A program made the translations under genes and the position numbers. A model generated the notes under the pieces. That model saw nothing but the letters and a program-made list of their open reading frames with translations, was not told the origin of the DNA and did not search any database. This document shows, one piece after another, positions 9,267 to 19,617 of a stretch of DNA of 64,000 bases. The stretch is from a virus (lineage: Duplodnaviria > Caudoviricetes): positions 1 through 64,000 of the IMG/VR virus record IMGVR_UViG_3300020577_008743. One strand, given 5' to 3'. Each line of letters starts with the position of its first letter. Position 1 is the first letter of the stretch.

Positions 9267-10980
9267 TGGAAACCAGGTAAAACTGCCTGAGTCTTCCTTC
9301 ATTTTCCAGGGGGGCCAAGGGTCCATCTACGGCGTCGGAAAGCGGGTCTTCAAGATCTACACCGATACCAAGGCAAACTATGACTGGGTCGCCAAAAAGG
9401 TCCAGGCCTTGGCACCTCTTGGCAAGAATCCGCTGATCGTGGCTCCCACCGGCATTCTTCGGAATCCGGCGGGGAAGATCATTGGGTACCACATGCCCAT
9501 GCAAAAGGGGGACTCTCTCGTCTCCCTCTACCCCAATTCGGCCTGGCAAAAGCTGGGTCTTACTGAAAAGGACGCTGCCGACATATCCCTTCGGCTGAGA
9601 GAAATCGTTGCCTTTGCCCACTCCAACAAGGCTCTGCTCATCGACGGAAACGAGATGAACTACCTGGTGGAGAACAAGCTTCCACATGCTATTGACGTTG
9701 ATTCCTGGCAGATCGGCGAGTTCAAGGCAACGGCAATCATGGCCAGCATTCGTGACTACCACGCCAAGGAATTCACGGAGTTGACCGATTGGTTCGCCTG
9801 GGGCGTCGTCACATTTCAGCTTTTCACGGGCCTGCATCCTTACCGTGGCAAACACCCTTCGTTCAAGCCTGGTCAGATGCAGGAAAGAATGGAGAGGAAC
9901 CTGTCGTTGTTTGACAAGAATGTCTCCTCTCCGCCGTTCATGAGGTCTCTTAATACCATACCCAAGAACCTTTTGGCGTGGTATGAGGACGTATTCCAGA
10001 ACGGAAAGCGCAGTCCCCCTCCTGATGAAAAGAGCTACAAGGAAGCTCCAGCAATTCCCACTCCTGCCGTAACGGCGCTCAGGACCGTTCAGACACCCGG
10101 CGGCTCCATAACCTACACCAAGGTTTGCGAAGCACCCGCCGACATCGTCACTCTGCTTACCGGCAGAGTTCTGGTCCTGACAGACGGAGCGTATCGTCTA
10201 GTTGGTGACAAACTCAAGCTGGCGTACAAGTTCAAGGCCCCGGGGCATCACTCCGTTGTGGTTACGAAGGAAGGCAATATCGTAATCTTGGAACCCATGC
10301 TGCCGGCTGCCTCGAGCTTTTGGGTTGTTGTGGTACCGCCCAACGGCCAAGTCTACAACTCCTCATGCCCCCTTTCCATCCGTGATCATTTCGTTTCTGG
10401 AAACAGGGTTTTTGGGGTACAAGAAGGAGGATCGGGGCTTCTTGAGCTGGAAATCCTGGTCCTGCCGAACTTCAATGCAATCATCGGCGTGAAGAGCACG
10501 TGGGGAGCAATGATAAACTCCCTGAAATATGATGACCTAACGGGATTCGGAATCTACTTTGTGGTTGGCGGCACTGCGGTTCTCGTAGCCCCACAGGAAA
10601 CCGGCCTGGTCAGTTTTGTGGTTCCGCAGCTCAATCAGAAACGTATTGTAACCATTTGGGGTCACGGGAGTTTCTTCACTTGTGTGACTTTGGAACGGGA
10701 CGGCACGTACCAGAAACATGAGTTCTTCTTCAACACAGGAGGTGTAACGAAATACTGGCAATCCCCTACCGACTCCTCCCAGCTCAACGTCGCAGTAACA
10801 TCAAAAGGAGCCGTGGCGACCATTCCCACTGACGGGAAACTTGTGTTGTTCACGGCAGACAGTACCAACGTCCGCATGGTATCTGACGGGAAACTTTCGT
10901 CCAGAAATCCTCTCGTATTTGTCGACGGCAAGATGTCGATGATCGAAGGCCGGTACCTGTGGGACATTTCCCTCAAATAG
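9238..10980 (+). CDS. Ser/Thr protein kinase (TerY-associated type) with C-terminal beta-rich domain
   Basis: QGGQGSIY, FKIY, DGNEMNYL, IDVDS, DWFAWGV, HPY. Confidence 0.82.
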   Translation: MATITVVMHDGNQVKLPESSFIFQGGQGSIYGVGKRVFKIYTDTKANYDWVAKKVQALAPLGKNPLIVAPTGILRNPAGKIIGYHMPMQKGDSLVSLYPNSAWQKLGLTEKDAADISLRLREIVAFAHSNKALLIDGNEMNYLVENKLPHAIDVDSWQIGEFKATAIMASIRDYHAKEFTELTDWFAWGVVTFQLFTGLHPYRGKHPSFKPGQMQERMERNLSLFDKNVSSPPFMRSLNTIPKNLLAWYEDVFQNGKRSPPPDEKSYKEAPAIPTPAVTALRTVQTPGGSITYTKVCEAPADIVTLLTGRVLVLTDGAYRLVGDKLKLAYKFKAPGHHSVVVTKEGNIVILEPMLPAASSFWVVVVPPNGQVYNSSCPLSIRDHFVSGNRVFGVQEGGSGLLELEILVLPNFNAIIGVKSTWGAMINSLKYDDLTGFGIYFVVGGTAVLVAPQETGLVSFVVPQLNQKRIVTIWGHGSFFTCVTLERDGTYQKHEFFFNTGGVTKYWQSPTDSSQLNVAVTSKGAVATIPTDGKLVLFTADSTNVRMVSDGKLSSRNPLVFVDGKMSMIEGRYLWDISLK

Positions 10981-10990
10981 GAAACATCAA

Positions 10991-11611
10991 ATGCCCTCCC
11001 TTTCAACTCTTGCAAGAGGTTTGGCCGGCGCCATCCTTGGCCGCCCTGACCTTCCCAACCCGGAAACGTCGCAAGACAAGTTTCATTTCTTCCGCTACGT
11101 CCGGCCCTACGACCCCAAAAACCCGTACAGCAAGCCGACGGAGCCCGACATCATCAGTGACATGAACCATGGCCCCCACGGCGGTGTCACGTTCTATTTC
11201 GAATGGAGGCCGGTCTCCAGAACCGCACGGTTCGGCTTCTCTCTCTGTCACGAGAACGACCCTTTCATCAAGGCCGAGGGTAGAAACCAGGCCAAGGAAG
11301 CATTCGACGCCGGGGATATCTACACCATCACCAACGTGCTGGACAAGATGTCCCTTTGTGACAACGTTCGTATCGGTCTCCACCGGCATTTCCATCCCTC
11401 CCGAGGCCCTGACATCACGAAGTTCCTGGGGGGTGAGTTCGCAATTCTGGATGTCTCCTCCTCGAACTTCGAATCCACGAAGGAGATGATGGACCGCTTG
11501 ACCGGCCTGAACGCCTGGCTCCGTCTTGTTCGCCGGCAGGAAGAACACTTCCAGCCGTACATGAAACTGGACTCCGACGACCTGGAAGAGCTCGCCAGAC
11601 AACCTCACTGA
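10991..11611 (+). CDS. hypothetical phage protein
   Basis: GC3-rich ORF; followed by a terminator at 11633-11656. Confidence 0.65.
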   Translation: MPSLSTLARGLAGAILGRPDLPNPETSQDKFHFFRYVRPYDPKNPYSKPTEPDIISDMNHGPHGGVTFYFEWRPVSRTARFGFSLCHENDPFIKAEGRNQAKEAFDAGDIYTITNVLDKMSLCDNVRIGLHRHFHPSRGPDITKFLGGEFAILDVSSSNFESTKEMMDRLTGLNAWLRLVRRQEEHFQPYMKLDSDDLEELARQPH

Positions 11612-11658
11612 ACAACGCAACAACAACACAGGAAAGGGGCTAAACACCCCTTTTTATA

Positions 11659-12417
11659 ATGAAAACTCTAGGTAGAAGACTAAAATACTGTACTATTACA
11701 GGTGCGGACGACGACACGGATATCGCGGACCTGTTAGCTTTACAAGAAGAATACCCATTTCTTGAGATGGGACTTCTAATCTCGGAAACCAGACAGGGCA
11801 CTCCTAGGTACCCCAGTAAGGAGTGGATTGCCGACTTACACGAAGACTTAAACCAAGATGGATTCGGTTTTAATGTAGCACTCCACCTCTGTGGGAAAGT
11901 AGCCATCAAGCTCCTCTTCAACCAAAGGATGGAGAAAGTCACAGGACTGGCGCATTCCTGTGAATGGCAACACCCCTCCGGAGAATCCTTCCGCTACCAG
12001 TTCAATCTGACTCACAACACCTTGAAAGAAATACCCTCGGCAGAGTTTCATTGGAGGACGGGACTAAAAGGGCTGTCTCAAATCATTCTCCAATACAAAG
12101 AGAAAACCTCAGAAACTGTATTCGATCTGGTTCACGGGTGTCTACCTGGTAAAATAGCCCTCTTGGTAGACGAGAGTGGGGGTACTGGAAAGAACATTGA
12201 ACAATTCCCTTCATTTTTGGGTGTTTTCACTGGATACGCCGGAGGCCTAGGGCCTGACAACATCGAATCTACAGTCATGTCCTTGGCTAGTGATCATCCC
12301 GGTATGTACTGGCTGGACATGGAAACGAACGTGAGAACCGAGGATACCCTTGATCTTGACAAGGTTGAAATAGTGCTTAAAACAATACAACGAATGAAAA
12401 ACGAAGGACTTGCATGA
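11659..12417 (+). CDS. TrpF-like TIM-barrel phage protein
   Basis: TITGAD, HLCG, LVDESGGTG, GYAGGLGPDN, WLDMET. Confidence 0.7.
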   Translation: MKTLGRRLKYCTITGADDDTDIADLLALQEEYPFLEMGLLISETRQGTPRYPSKEWIADLHEDLNQDGFGFNVALHLCGKVAIKLLFNQRMEKVTGLAHSCEWQHPSGESFRYQFNLTHNTLKEIPSAEFHWRTGLKGLSQIILQYKEKTSETVFDLVHGCLPGKIALLVDESGGTGKNIEQFPSFLGVFTGYAGGLGPDNIESTVMSLASDHPGMYWLDMETNVRTEDTLDLDKVEIVLKTIQRMKNEGLA

Positions 12418-12860
12418 GCGAAAAACTGGTACTGTTGCTGGAAATCCTGGGTTGGATGGCGGATAACAATCACAAATACTATTACGTTGATGTTATTCGC
12501 GACGGATCCGGGGATCTACTCGTGGGGATAGAAGATATACCATTCGACACTAGGGAAACCTGGAATTTGTTCAAGGAGATTCATGAGTATGTGATTGCAG
12601 ATGGTAAAATCTCCACAAGTTGGATACCCCTCCTATGTCAGTATTCTTTGGCTAAAGAATATTTGTCTCTCACCTATTGTTGTTTCACCGAAAAACAGGT
12701 ACAAGAATTAGAGAAGTGGGTTGTTTTCAAAGACAAGCCTGATTTCAGCAAGAATAAAAACGAGCCCGAATCGGAACATTCCCCGATTGCTGAAGAGCAG
12801 GCTCAGAAATGGCACCAGTCGGTGATCTACCGTCTGCTACAACTATTCAGACTAGGATAA
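12414..12860 (+). CDS. hypothetical protein
   Basis: ORF track; overlapping start. Confidence 0.55.
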   Translation: MSEKLVLLLEILGWMADNNHKYYYVDVIRDGSGDLLVGIEDIPFDTRETWNLFKEIHEYVIADGKISTSWIPLLCQYSLAKEYLSLTYCCFTEKQVQELEKWVVFKDKPDFSKNKNEPESEHSPIAEEQAQKWHQSVIYRLLQLFRLG

Positions 12861-12865
12861 AAACG

Positions 12866-13624
12866 ATGCGTAGAGACATGAAAAAGGTAATCTGTGAGTC
12901 TCGTAGGAGGTACGGATCTTCGTTCAGTGCCAGCAGGTTGAGAGGGACCAAATCCCTCTCTAATGATGAGTTGTTCCCTACTCGTGTTCCTATGCGCAGA
13001 ATTCATTCCAGCCCCAAAGAATTCGGAGAGAATCTCACTCCTCTTCTGAAGTTTTTGGAAACCAACGCGGGTAGAAACTGGAATGATGTCTATTCCGAAA
13101 TCCGGGAAAGCTTGAAGACCAAGAGCACTATCGATATGCACATTCTGATTCATCTGGAACAGTTTGTGACGATAACCGGGCTGTACGTGGAAGACGGAGA
13201 GGTGTGGGTCCTTCCTAGGTTCAATCTCTGGAATAGAAACTACCTTGCTTTTGATTTTTGTGAATTCTTCGTCCATCCCCAAACCGGTATTCTCGTCTCT
13301 TGCGCTGAGCACAAAGCCAAACGGGCCTCCGAACGGAAAAAGGAAAAAGCCAGGAAAGACGCAGAGAGAGCGCGCAAGTTTGTGAAAATGGGGGAAGCCA
13401 GTTTTGCGTACAAGGTGAATGGGGTGTGGCAGGAATTCTATCTCTCCCCATGCGTCTATCCCGGGGGAGGTGTTAGGCCCTCGTGTTACTACAACGATAA
13501 AGAGCTGTATGGGTATGCTCAAAGGTTTTTCACCTCCAAGCAATTTACTCACAACAACTTACGGACCCGCACCCTGAGCAAGAAGGAAATCCGTAACCTC
13601 AAACTCAATCAGGAACCCAAATGA
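12866..13624 (+). CDS. hypothetical basic protein
   Basis: ORF track; GRNWNDVYSEI, FVHPQTGIL. Confidence 0.6.
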   Translation: MRRDMKKVICESRRRYGSSFSASRLRGTKSLSNDELFPTRVPMRRIHSSPKEFGENLTPLLKFLETNAGRNWNDVYSEIRESLKTKSTIDMHILIHLEQFVTITGLYVEDGEVWVLPRFNLWNRNYLAFDFCEFFVHPQTGILVSCAEHKAKRASERKKEKARKDAERARKFVKMGEASFAYKVNGVWQEFYLSPCVYPGGGVRPSCYYNDKELYGYAQRFFTSKQFTHNNLRTRTLSKKEIRNLKLNQEPK

Positions 13625-14466
13625 AAATCAACAGCAAATACCGGGACTACTATGATGGGGTTCAGAGCCATGGTTTTGACTCTGACCTCGTCTGGCTGAG
13701 AATACCTGAGCCGATACAAGGCAGGGTTTATAACTACGGAGCCGAAGACGATCCCTGTGATCCCATTCTGGAAGAAATAAACGAGTTGATCGAAACCTGG
13801 GTTGAAGATACTGCTCCTGGGTACCTGGATAGTGAGATGTGCTTCGCCGTAGTCGAAGGCAGAAAGAAATGTGCTCTGGAGGTACGAAAGGTGGCTATCA
13901 TTTTCTGCGGGGCCCTGTACCGAGGAGTTACCCTGGAAGTTAACACCTGGACTCCGGACAAAGTGATACGGGCTTTTAGAATGTGCTGGACCCAAGCCGA
14001 CGTTGAAAAAGCTTGTAGAGACCTTTCCATTTCGTGGAACGATACTCGCAAGTTTCACGGAAGCAGAAGCCCTCAGAGTAAATTCAAAACTCCAGAAGAA
14101 TGGCTCAACTCCATGTTCATCGTCAAAAAGGAGTTGGAGAAAACGAGAAACTGGGCATTAAAAACTCGCATTCCAATTCTGGCCATCGGCAAGGATCCCC
14201 ACAACACCATTCGCAGGGATTTTGAGCCAAGACAAATCCCCATCACCAAAAACGCTCTTCTCAAAGATTTCGAATTCTATCGCATAGTTTCTCCTGAACA
14301 AGTTTACCAAGAACTTGCGATGTTTCTTTCCAATGTTGCAAACCCTGACCCAGTCATGGTACAATTGACGGATATGGACAAGCAGAAGAAGTTTGGGTTC
14401 ACTCATCAGTACTCCTTTCGTAAGGAACCGGGTGAAAAGAGAATCAAAAAGAGAAGACATAAATAA
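13621..14466 (+). CDS. hypothetical phage protein
   Basis: ORF track; MKI.SKYRDYYD start. Confidence 0.6.
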   Translation: MKINSKYRDYYDGVQSHGFDSDLVWLRIPEPIQGRVYNYGAEDDPCDPILEEINELIETWVEDTAPGYLDSEMCFAVVEGRKKCALEVRKVAIIFCGALYRGVTLEVNTWTPDKVIRAFRMCWTQADVEKACRDLSISWNDTRKFHGSRSPQSKFKTPEEWLNSMFIVKKELEKTRNWALKTRIPILAIGKDPHNTIRRDFEPRQIPITKNALLKDFEFYRIVSPEQVYQELAMFLSNVANPDPVMVQLTDMDKQKKFGFTHQYSFRKEPGEKRIKKRRHK

Positions 14467-14472
14467 CAACAA

Positions 14473-14548
14473 GCCCTTGTAATTCAGTGGTTAGAATAGC
14501 TGCTTTGTAAGCAGAAGGTCGTGGGTTCGAATCCTACCGGGGGCACCA
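14473..14548 (+). tRNA. tRNA-Thr(UGU)
   Basis: cloverleaf, TGT anticodon, CCA. Confidence 0.9.
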
Positions 14549-14557
14549 AATTCCAGT

Positions 14558-15091
14558 ATGAAAGTAATCAATCTATTCGCCGGCCCGGGGGCTGGCAAGA
14601 GCACAACAGCAGCTCGTCTTTTTACCTATTGTAAGGACAGTGGAATCAACGTTGAGTTGGTCACGGAGTACGCAAAGGACTTGACGTGGGAACAGCGGGA
14701 AGACATTCTCCAGGATCAGTTGTATGTCACGGCCAAACAGAACCGTAGATTGGCCCGACTAAAAAACAAGGTTGATTTTGTTATAACTGATAGCCCTCTT
14801 CTCCTTGGTTATCAGTACGCACTCCCTGATTACTTCCCCAAGACCTTCAAACCTTTCGTAGTAGACTTATGGAACAGCTATGATAACCACTGCTATTTCC
14901 TCGGTAGAGTAAAACCGTACCGAACAGCAGGCAGATCACAGACAGAACAAGAAGCCGTTGGCATAGACGGAGATATTCGTAAAATGCTGAAAAACATGGA
15001 AATCAAGTATTTAGAAGTTAACGGGGATGAGTCAGGGGCTAAACACATCTTCACCGACATACTTGCTATTCTAGCCCTTCCTAAGGTATAA
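14558..15091 (+). CDS. P-loop kinase/ATPase (NadR/AAA_28-like)
   Basis: GPGAGKST, ITDSP. Confidence 0.75.
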   Translation: MKVINLFAGPGAGKSTTAARLFTYCKDSGINVELVTEYAKDLTWEQREDILQDQLYVTAKQNRRLARLKNKVDFVITDSPLLLGYQYALPDYFPKTFKPFVVDLWNSYDNHCYFLGRVKPYRTAGRSQTEQEAVGIDGDIRKMLKNMEIKYLEVNGDESGAKHIFTDILAILALPKV

Positions 15092-15119
15092 GAAGTTGAT
15101 ACACTTTCGTGAGGTTGAA

Positions 15120-15368
15120 ATGTCCGATAACAGAAGTACGTTCGAAAAATATACCGGTATGGAGCTGGGGGAGTTCGTCTTCGGAGGAATAATACTGATG
15201 GCTGTAGTGGCCATGGTCCTGGATGATGGTCCGAAAAAGGCCAACAAATATTATCGGTGTCTCGACAACGAAGCTGTGAGTAGAACTAAGGCTGGCTTGC
15301 CGCCGTTATCCGACAATGATGTTAGGAAACGCTGCGCTGACCTAACCGGCTACAAGCCAACAACTTAA
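15120..15368 (+). CDS. small membrane protein
   Basis: one hydrophobic segment; GAGG RBS. Confidence 0.5.
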   Translation: MSDNRSTFEKYTGMELGEFVFGGIILMAVVAMVLDDGPKKANKYYRCLDNEAVSRTKAGLPPLSDNDVRKRCADLTGYKPTT

Positions 15369-15394
15369 CTAAAGGGGAACCTCCCCTTTTAACC

Positions 15395-16201
15395 ATGATA
15401 ATTCCTCAAAATACTGAATACGAATATGTGATGGTAGACCTTGAAACTCTCGGTCTATCTTCAAAATCCCCAGTCCTGTCCATCGGCGCTGTGTTGTTCA
15501 ACCTCACCGACCTGGACACTATGGAAAGCATTAATTCCGCAGACCCAACCAGGACTTTTTACGTAGAAATAGAAGCAGAAGACTGGCTTAAATATGGAAG
15601 AGTAGCAGACGCAGAAACAATCCAATGGTGGATGGCTCAAAGTGACTCTGCCAAAGCCGTGTTCAACCGGACAAGTCCACATAAAACCTTCGCAGTTCCA
15701 GCATTGAATCAATTTAATACCTTCGCCTTTGGTAATCGTCCCAGAGGTCTGTGGTCCAATGGTGCCAATTATGATGTAGTCATTCTGTCTGACTGGGCCA
15801 AAGACATGAAACGTGCAGGGGAGGAAGTCCAATACGATAGCAAGTTCAACTGGGAATACGATGTAAGAACACTCCTTGAGTTAGCCAAGAAATTGACGGG
15901 ATTCGATAAGAAAAGCGTCCCAAGGGTGGGTACTTACCACAATGCTCTCGACGATGCAAAATACCAGGTATTATTGGTACAAGAAGCATGTAGGAGTCTT
16001 AATCCCAACAAGTCCGCAGTGAGATACGTAGAGTCTGTTGAGCCGGGAGTTCTCCCCCAGCCGCCGATTGACACTTCTTACCTCCAGAAAATTGCTCCGA
16101 ACGCGTTTCCCGCTCATACTCAGGAGCAGGCCAGCGAAGCTTTGTTTTTGGACGGAAAGCGAGACTTCATTTCTCCAGAGGATAAAAGAAAGTACTCATG
16201 A
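15395..16201 (+). CDS. DEDDh 3'-5' exonuclease
   Basis: MVDLETL, WSNGANYD, DVRT, HNALDDA. Confidence 0.82.
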   Translation: MIIPQNTEYEYVMVDLETLGLSSKSPVLSIGAVLFNLTDLDTMESINSADPTRTFYVEIEAEDWLKYGRVADAETIQWWMAQSDSAKAVFNRTSPHKTFAVPALNQFNTFAFGNRPRGLWSNGANYDVVILSDWAKDMKRAGEEVQYDSKFNWEYDVRTLLELAKKLTGFDKKSVPRVGTYHNALDDAKYQVLLVQEACRSLNPNKSAVRYVESVEPGVLPQPPIDTSYLQKIAPNAFPAHTQEQASEALFLDGKRDFISPEDKRKYS

Positions 16202-16947
16202 CAACGAAAAGCATCTGGTTGATCGACCTTGACGGAACCGTGTTCGATTTCAACGGGAGATTTGTAAAGCTTTGGAATGAATGGGTGACTACCGCAACGG
16301 AGCAATTGTACGGCGAAATTCGTACGGTTCCGAAACCCGTAATTCTGAAGAACAGCTGGCAGAAAAAAGGATTTGGTCGACAGGATGACATACTAACAGC
16401 GTTCCTCATCAAAGACCCGGTCCCCGCCAAGTTTCACATGCATGAGGCGTGGCCAGACAAGATGACGGACGAGGACTCCAAATGGCTTATGAGTCAGCCC
16501 AGGTTTTTCGAGGATATGGATCTGTTGCCCGGGGCAAAAGAGGCTCTAACTTCCATTCTCGCCTCGGGCACCATCGAGCCTTTCCTTTGCACAGCGCCCG
16601 TTGTTTCTTCTCCGATCTGCTGGACCGAAAAAGTGCAAGCAGTGAAGAGAAAACTGGGCCCGCACTGGGTTGATCGTCTCATTATCACCCATGACAAGAC
16701 TCTGGTCAACGGAGACATTCTGATTGATGACAAGCCTAAGATAAGGGGTATCAACGAAGAAGACACCCCTTGGGTTCATGTCATTTTCGACGCTCCCTAC
16801 AATCGAACTCCTTCGGAATGGGGCACATGCCTCAGACAGCACGCCTCTCTCGCCCATCTGTGCCCGAACCAGTACCCCCCTGTCCCCCGAATCACCTGGG
16901 ACAACTGGGTTGCTCTTTTGGCCCCTCCCATAACTTTCAGACGGTAA
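16198..16947 (+). CDS. HAD 5'(3')-deoxyribonucleotidase (NT5C-like)
   Basis: IDLDGT, EK, DKTL.GDILIDDKP, PYN. Confidence 0.85.
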   Translation: MTTKSIWLIDLDGTVFDFNGRFVKLWNEWVTTATEQLYGEIRTVPKPVILKNSWQKKGFGRQDDILTAFLIKDPVPAKFHMHEAWPDKMTDEDSKWLMSQPRFFEDMDLLPGAKEALTSILASGTIEPFLCTAPVVSSPICWTEKVQAVKRKLGPHWVDRLIITHDKTLVNGDILIDDKPKIRGINEEDTPWVHVIFDAPYNRTPSEWGTCLRQHASLAHLCPNQYPPVPRITWDNWVALLAPPITFRR

Positions 16948-16957
16948 CCACACCTAA

Positions 16958-17033
16958 GCGGGTGTAGCTCAATTGGTAGAGTATCTGCCTTCCAAGCAGA
17001 ATGTTGTCGGTTCGATTCCGATCACCCGCTCCA
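16958..17033 (+). tRNA. tRNA-Gly(UCC)
   Basis: cloverleaf, TCC, U73-CCA. Confidence 0.92.
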
Positions 17034-17060
17034 CTCCCCCTCCTTTCCTTTGGAAATGAA

Positions 17061-17756
17061 ATGATACCTCTCTTCGCCTTCTTCGCCGAACTCACCCTTT
17101 GGGGGTGGGTCATCGTGGTACTGCTTTTCGCCAGCCTCATCGGATCGACAAACCAGTTCGTCCCCTGCCGGCGTTCCTGGGGCTTTGGAGATTTCTCTCT
17201 ACTATTCCTGATCATTTTCGCCGTCCTGTTTCACTACTACGTCGTAGCGTTGCCATTGAGCTGGGCGGTCGGCCGAGACATTGCTGTCTACTATTTCGTC
17301 GGTTTCTTCCTGTATCCCTGCTTCGAGTGGTACTTGGTCTTAGGGGAGCTCAGAAAGGGGTTGGAGAAAAAGAGAAAGCAGTGGACTCAGGTGTACGGAG
17401 CCAGTACAGATTCCAAACTGACCGCCCTGTTTCTGCAAAGCAAGAAAGTGCTGAATGACGATGAGAAAGTGCAAAAGTCCAACCAGTCCCGCGCCCGAGA
17501 CATGCGTGACGAGCTCATCAGCGTGTTCACTCGGTTGGGCCTCAATCCCAACATGGACACTTTCGACACGGAAGCAGACTTCGCCCCTCGTGCCGAACAT
17601 CACAAGTCCCTGCTGGGCTATTGGGCTTTTTGGTGGCCATTCATCGCCCTGAACCGAACCTTCGGCGACTTCCTGAACTGGCTGTGCAAGCTCCCTGGCC
17701 GCATTTTCCGGCCAATTCTCAACAGCCTCTCCTCTTCCATAATGAAGGACGTGTGA
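17061..17756 (+). CDS. multi-pass membrane protein
   Basis: several TM segments. Confidence 0.6.
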   Translation: MIPLFAFFAELTLWGWVIVVLLFASLIGSTNQFVPCRRSWGFGDFSLLFLIIFAVLFHYYVVALPLSWAVGRDIAVYYFVGFFLYPCFEWYLVLGELRKGLEKKRKQWTQVYGASTDSKLTALFLQSKKVLNDDEKVQKSNQSRARDMRDELISVFTRLGLNPNMDTFDTEADFAPRAEHHKSLLGYWAFWWPFIALNRTFGDFLNWLCKLPGRIFRPILNSLSSSIMKDV

Positions 17757-17759
17757 TCC

Positions 17760-18500
17760 ATGAACAAAGACAATCTCATCAAGTACGGTGTCCAATCCCT
17801 CGCCATCATGGTGGCGGGGTTTTTCATCGCCCCCTTCGTCTTTCAGGCCATCGGCGGTATCATCGGGCTCGGTGTGGCAGCGGGCCTGGCTGGGGCCATG
17901 GTGTATTTCTCCCCCTGGATGGCCATGAAGGCTGCCAACCTTCGTCTCAAGGCGATGAAGGCCGAGGCCATAAAGAATCCGGTGGAAACGCTTCAAATCC
18001 AGTTGGTAACGGCACAAGGAGAGGTGGAGAAATCCCGGCGAGAGTTGGTGGATTTTGACGCTGCCCTCCGGACTTTCAGGGATGAAGTCAACGGCCTTGC
18101 CAAAAGCTTCCCGGGCTCCGAGGAGAAATTCAAGGAGCAACTCGAAGAAATGGAGCGAGGTTTGCAAGCCAAGAGGGATCTCCGTAATGCTGCCATTCAA
18201 GCCATGGGCGAGTTCGAGAAGGTTGTCCAGAGAGCCGAAGCGGAATGGAGAGTCACCCAAGCCATGATCAATGCGGGAAAGGCCTCCAAATCCTCCGTTG
18301 ATCTGGCCGTGCAAAAGATTCTCGGCAACACGGCTCTCACCTCGGTTCAAAACGGCATGAACAGGGCTTTGGCCGACCTGAAAACTCTCAACTTGGCTGC
18401 CCCTCCGGTCATCGATCTCCCCCGGCCTTCTTTGGACTTTCGTCAGTCCGAACAGGTCTTCATTCCTGCAACACCAACCAAGAAGGAGCTTCGAGTTTGA
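17760..18500 (+). CDS. membrane-anchored coiled-coil protein (PspA/IM30-like)
   Basis: N-terminal TM hairpin, NPVETL, long helical region. Confidence 0.55.
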   Translation: MNKDNLIKYGVQSLAIMVAGFFIAPFVFQAIGGIIGLGVAAGLAGAMVYFSPWMAMKAANLRLKAMKAEAIKNPVETLQIQLVTAQGEVEKSRRELVDFDAALRTFRDEVNGLAKSFPGSEEKFKEQLEEMERGLQAKRDLRNAAIQAMGEFEKVVQRAEAEWRVTQAMINAGKASKSSVDLAVQKILGNTALTSVQNGMNRALADLKTLNLAAPPVIDLPRPSLDFRQSEQVFIPATPTKKELRV

Positions 18501-18656
18501 ATGCGAATTTTCGGCATAGTGCTGATCCTGCTCGTGCTGGGGGCCCTGGTCTTCTCAAACCCGGAACTTCTTCACGGAGGGGGCTCCAGCCCCAACCCCA
18601 CCCCCAGCAGTTCATCATCGTCGTCTTCGGATGACGCCTTCAAGCAGTTCAAGTAA
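18501..18656 (+). CDS. 51-aa single-TM protein with Ser/Pro-rich tail (below ORF-track cutoff)
   Basis: MRIFGIVLILLVLGALVF..SSSSSSSSDDAFKQFK; AAGGAG upstream. Confidence 0.6.
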   Translation: MRIFGIVLILLVLGALVFSNPELLHGGGSSPNPTPSSSSSSSSDDAFKQFK

Positions 18657-18666
18657 AGGAACGATC

Positions 18667-19611
18667 ATGAAATTGTATATCAATGTACCCCGGCTTCTCT
18701 TCTCTCTGTTCATCCTTCTGGCTCTCTGCCTGTTTGCCAACTACGCCGGGGCCCAGACTCTCAAGGTCGCAACCGGAGACCCAAAAGGGAACTATTCCCG
18801 CATCTTCAAGGAACTGATGGCCGCCTGTTCCAACACCATTCAGGTCGGTGAAGTGAATACGGATGGCTCGAACTCCAACGTCGACATGATCGTTCGCAAT
18901 GAGGTCAACGGCGCAGTGGTTCAGCCCGACGTCCTCAAGTTCCGGGCGTTCAACGAAGACCTGTCCGGGTTCAAGACCCTGTTCACCCTATACCCGGAGG
19001 AGATTCACATCGTTGCCAAGGCCGTTTCAGGGCTGACCTCCGGCGGCACTGGGGTGGGATCCTTGCGTTTCAACACCAAGGACGTGGTGTTCAACAGCGT
19101 CGATGATCTGAACGGTTACAAGATCGGCGCTGCTGGTGGCAGTGTCATCACCGCGAGACTGATCAAGTCTGTTGCCGACTTGAAATATGAGGTTGTGACT
19201 TTCAGTAGCAACGACCTGGCCAAAGCTGCACTGGACAAGGGGGAAATCCAGGCCCTCCTCCTGGTCGGTGGTCAGCCCATGGCGTTCGTCGATGCTCTGG
19301 GGCCGAACTACAAGCTCCTGCGCATCTCGGAAACGGCGTCCGACAAGCTGAAAGCAGTCTACTCTCCAGCCAAGCTGACCTACACCAGAATGGGCCCTGC
19401 CGGCACCGGCATTCAAACCATGGCTCAGCGTGCCACTTTCATTGTGGTGGACTACAAAACGCCGAAGATGTCCAGTCAACTGTTGGCCCTGCGTAGCTGC
19501 ATGACCGACAAGCTCGACGATCTGAAGGAGAAAACTGGCAATCATCCCAAGTGGCGTACCGTCAATCCTGAAGACAAGGGCAACTGGGTCTGGTACACCG
19601 GCACCAAATAA
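18667..19611 (+). CDS. TAXI-family periplasmic substrate-binding protein
   Basis: signal peptide, VATG..GNY, TDGS..N, VQPDV, LYPEEIHIV. Confidence 0.75.
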   Translation: MKLYINVPRLLFSLFILLALCLFANYAGAQTLKVATGDPKGNYSRIFKELMAACSNTIQVGEVNTDGSNSNVDMIVRNEVNGAVVQPDVLKFRAFNEDLSGFKTLFTLYPEEIHIVAKAVSGLTSGGTGVGSLRFNTKDVVFNSVDDLNGYKIGAAGGSVITARLIKSVADLKYEVVTFSSNDLAKAALDKGEIQALLLVGGQPMAFVDALGPNYKLLRISETASDKLKAVYSPAKLTYTRMGPAGTGIQTMAQRATFIVVDYKTPKMSSQLLALRSCMTDKLDDLKEKTGNHPKWRTVNPEDKGNWVWYTGTK

Positions 19612-19617
19612 CAACCA

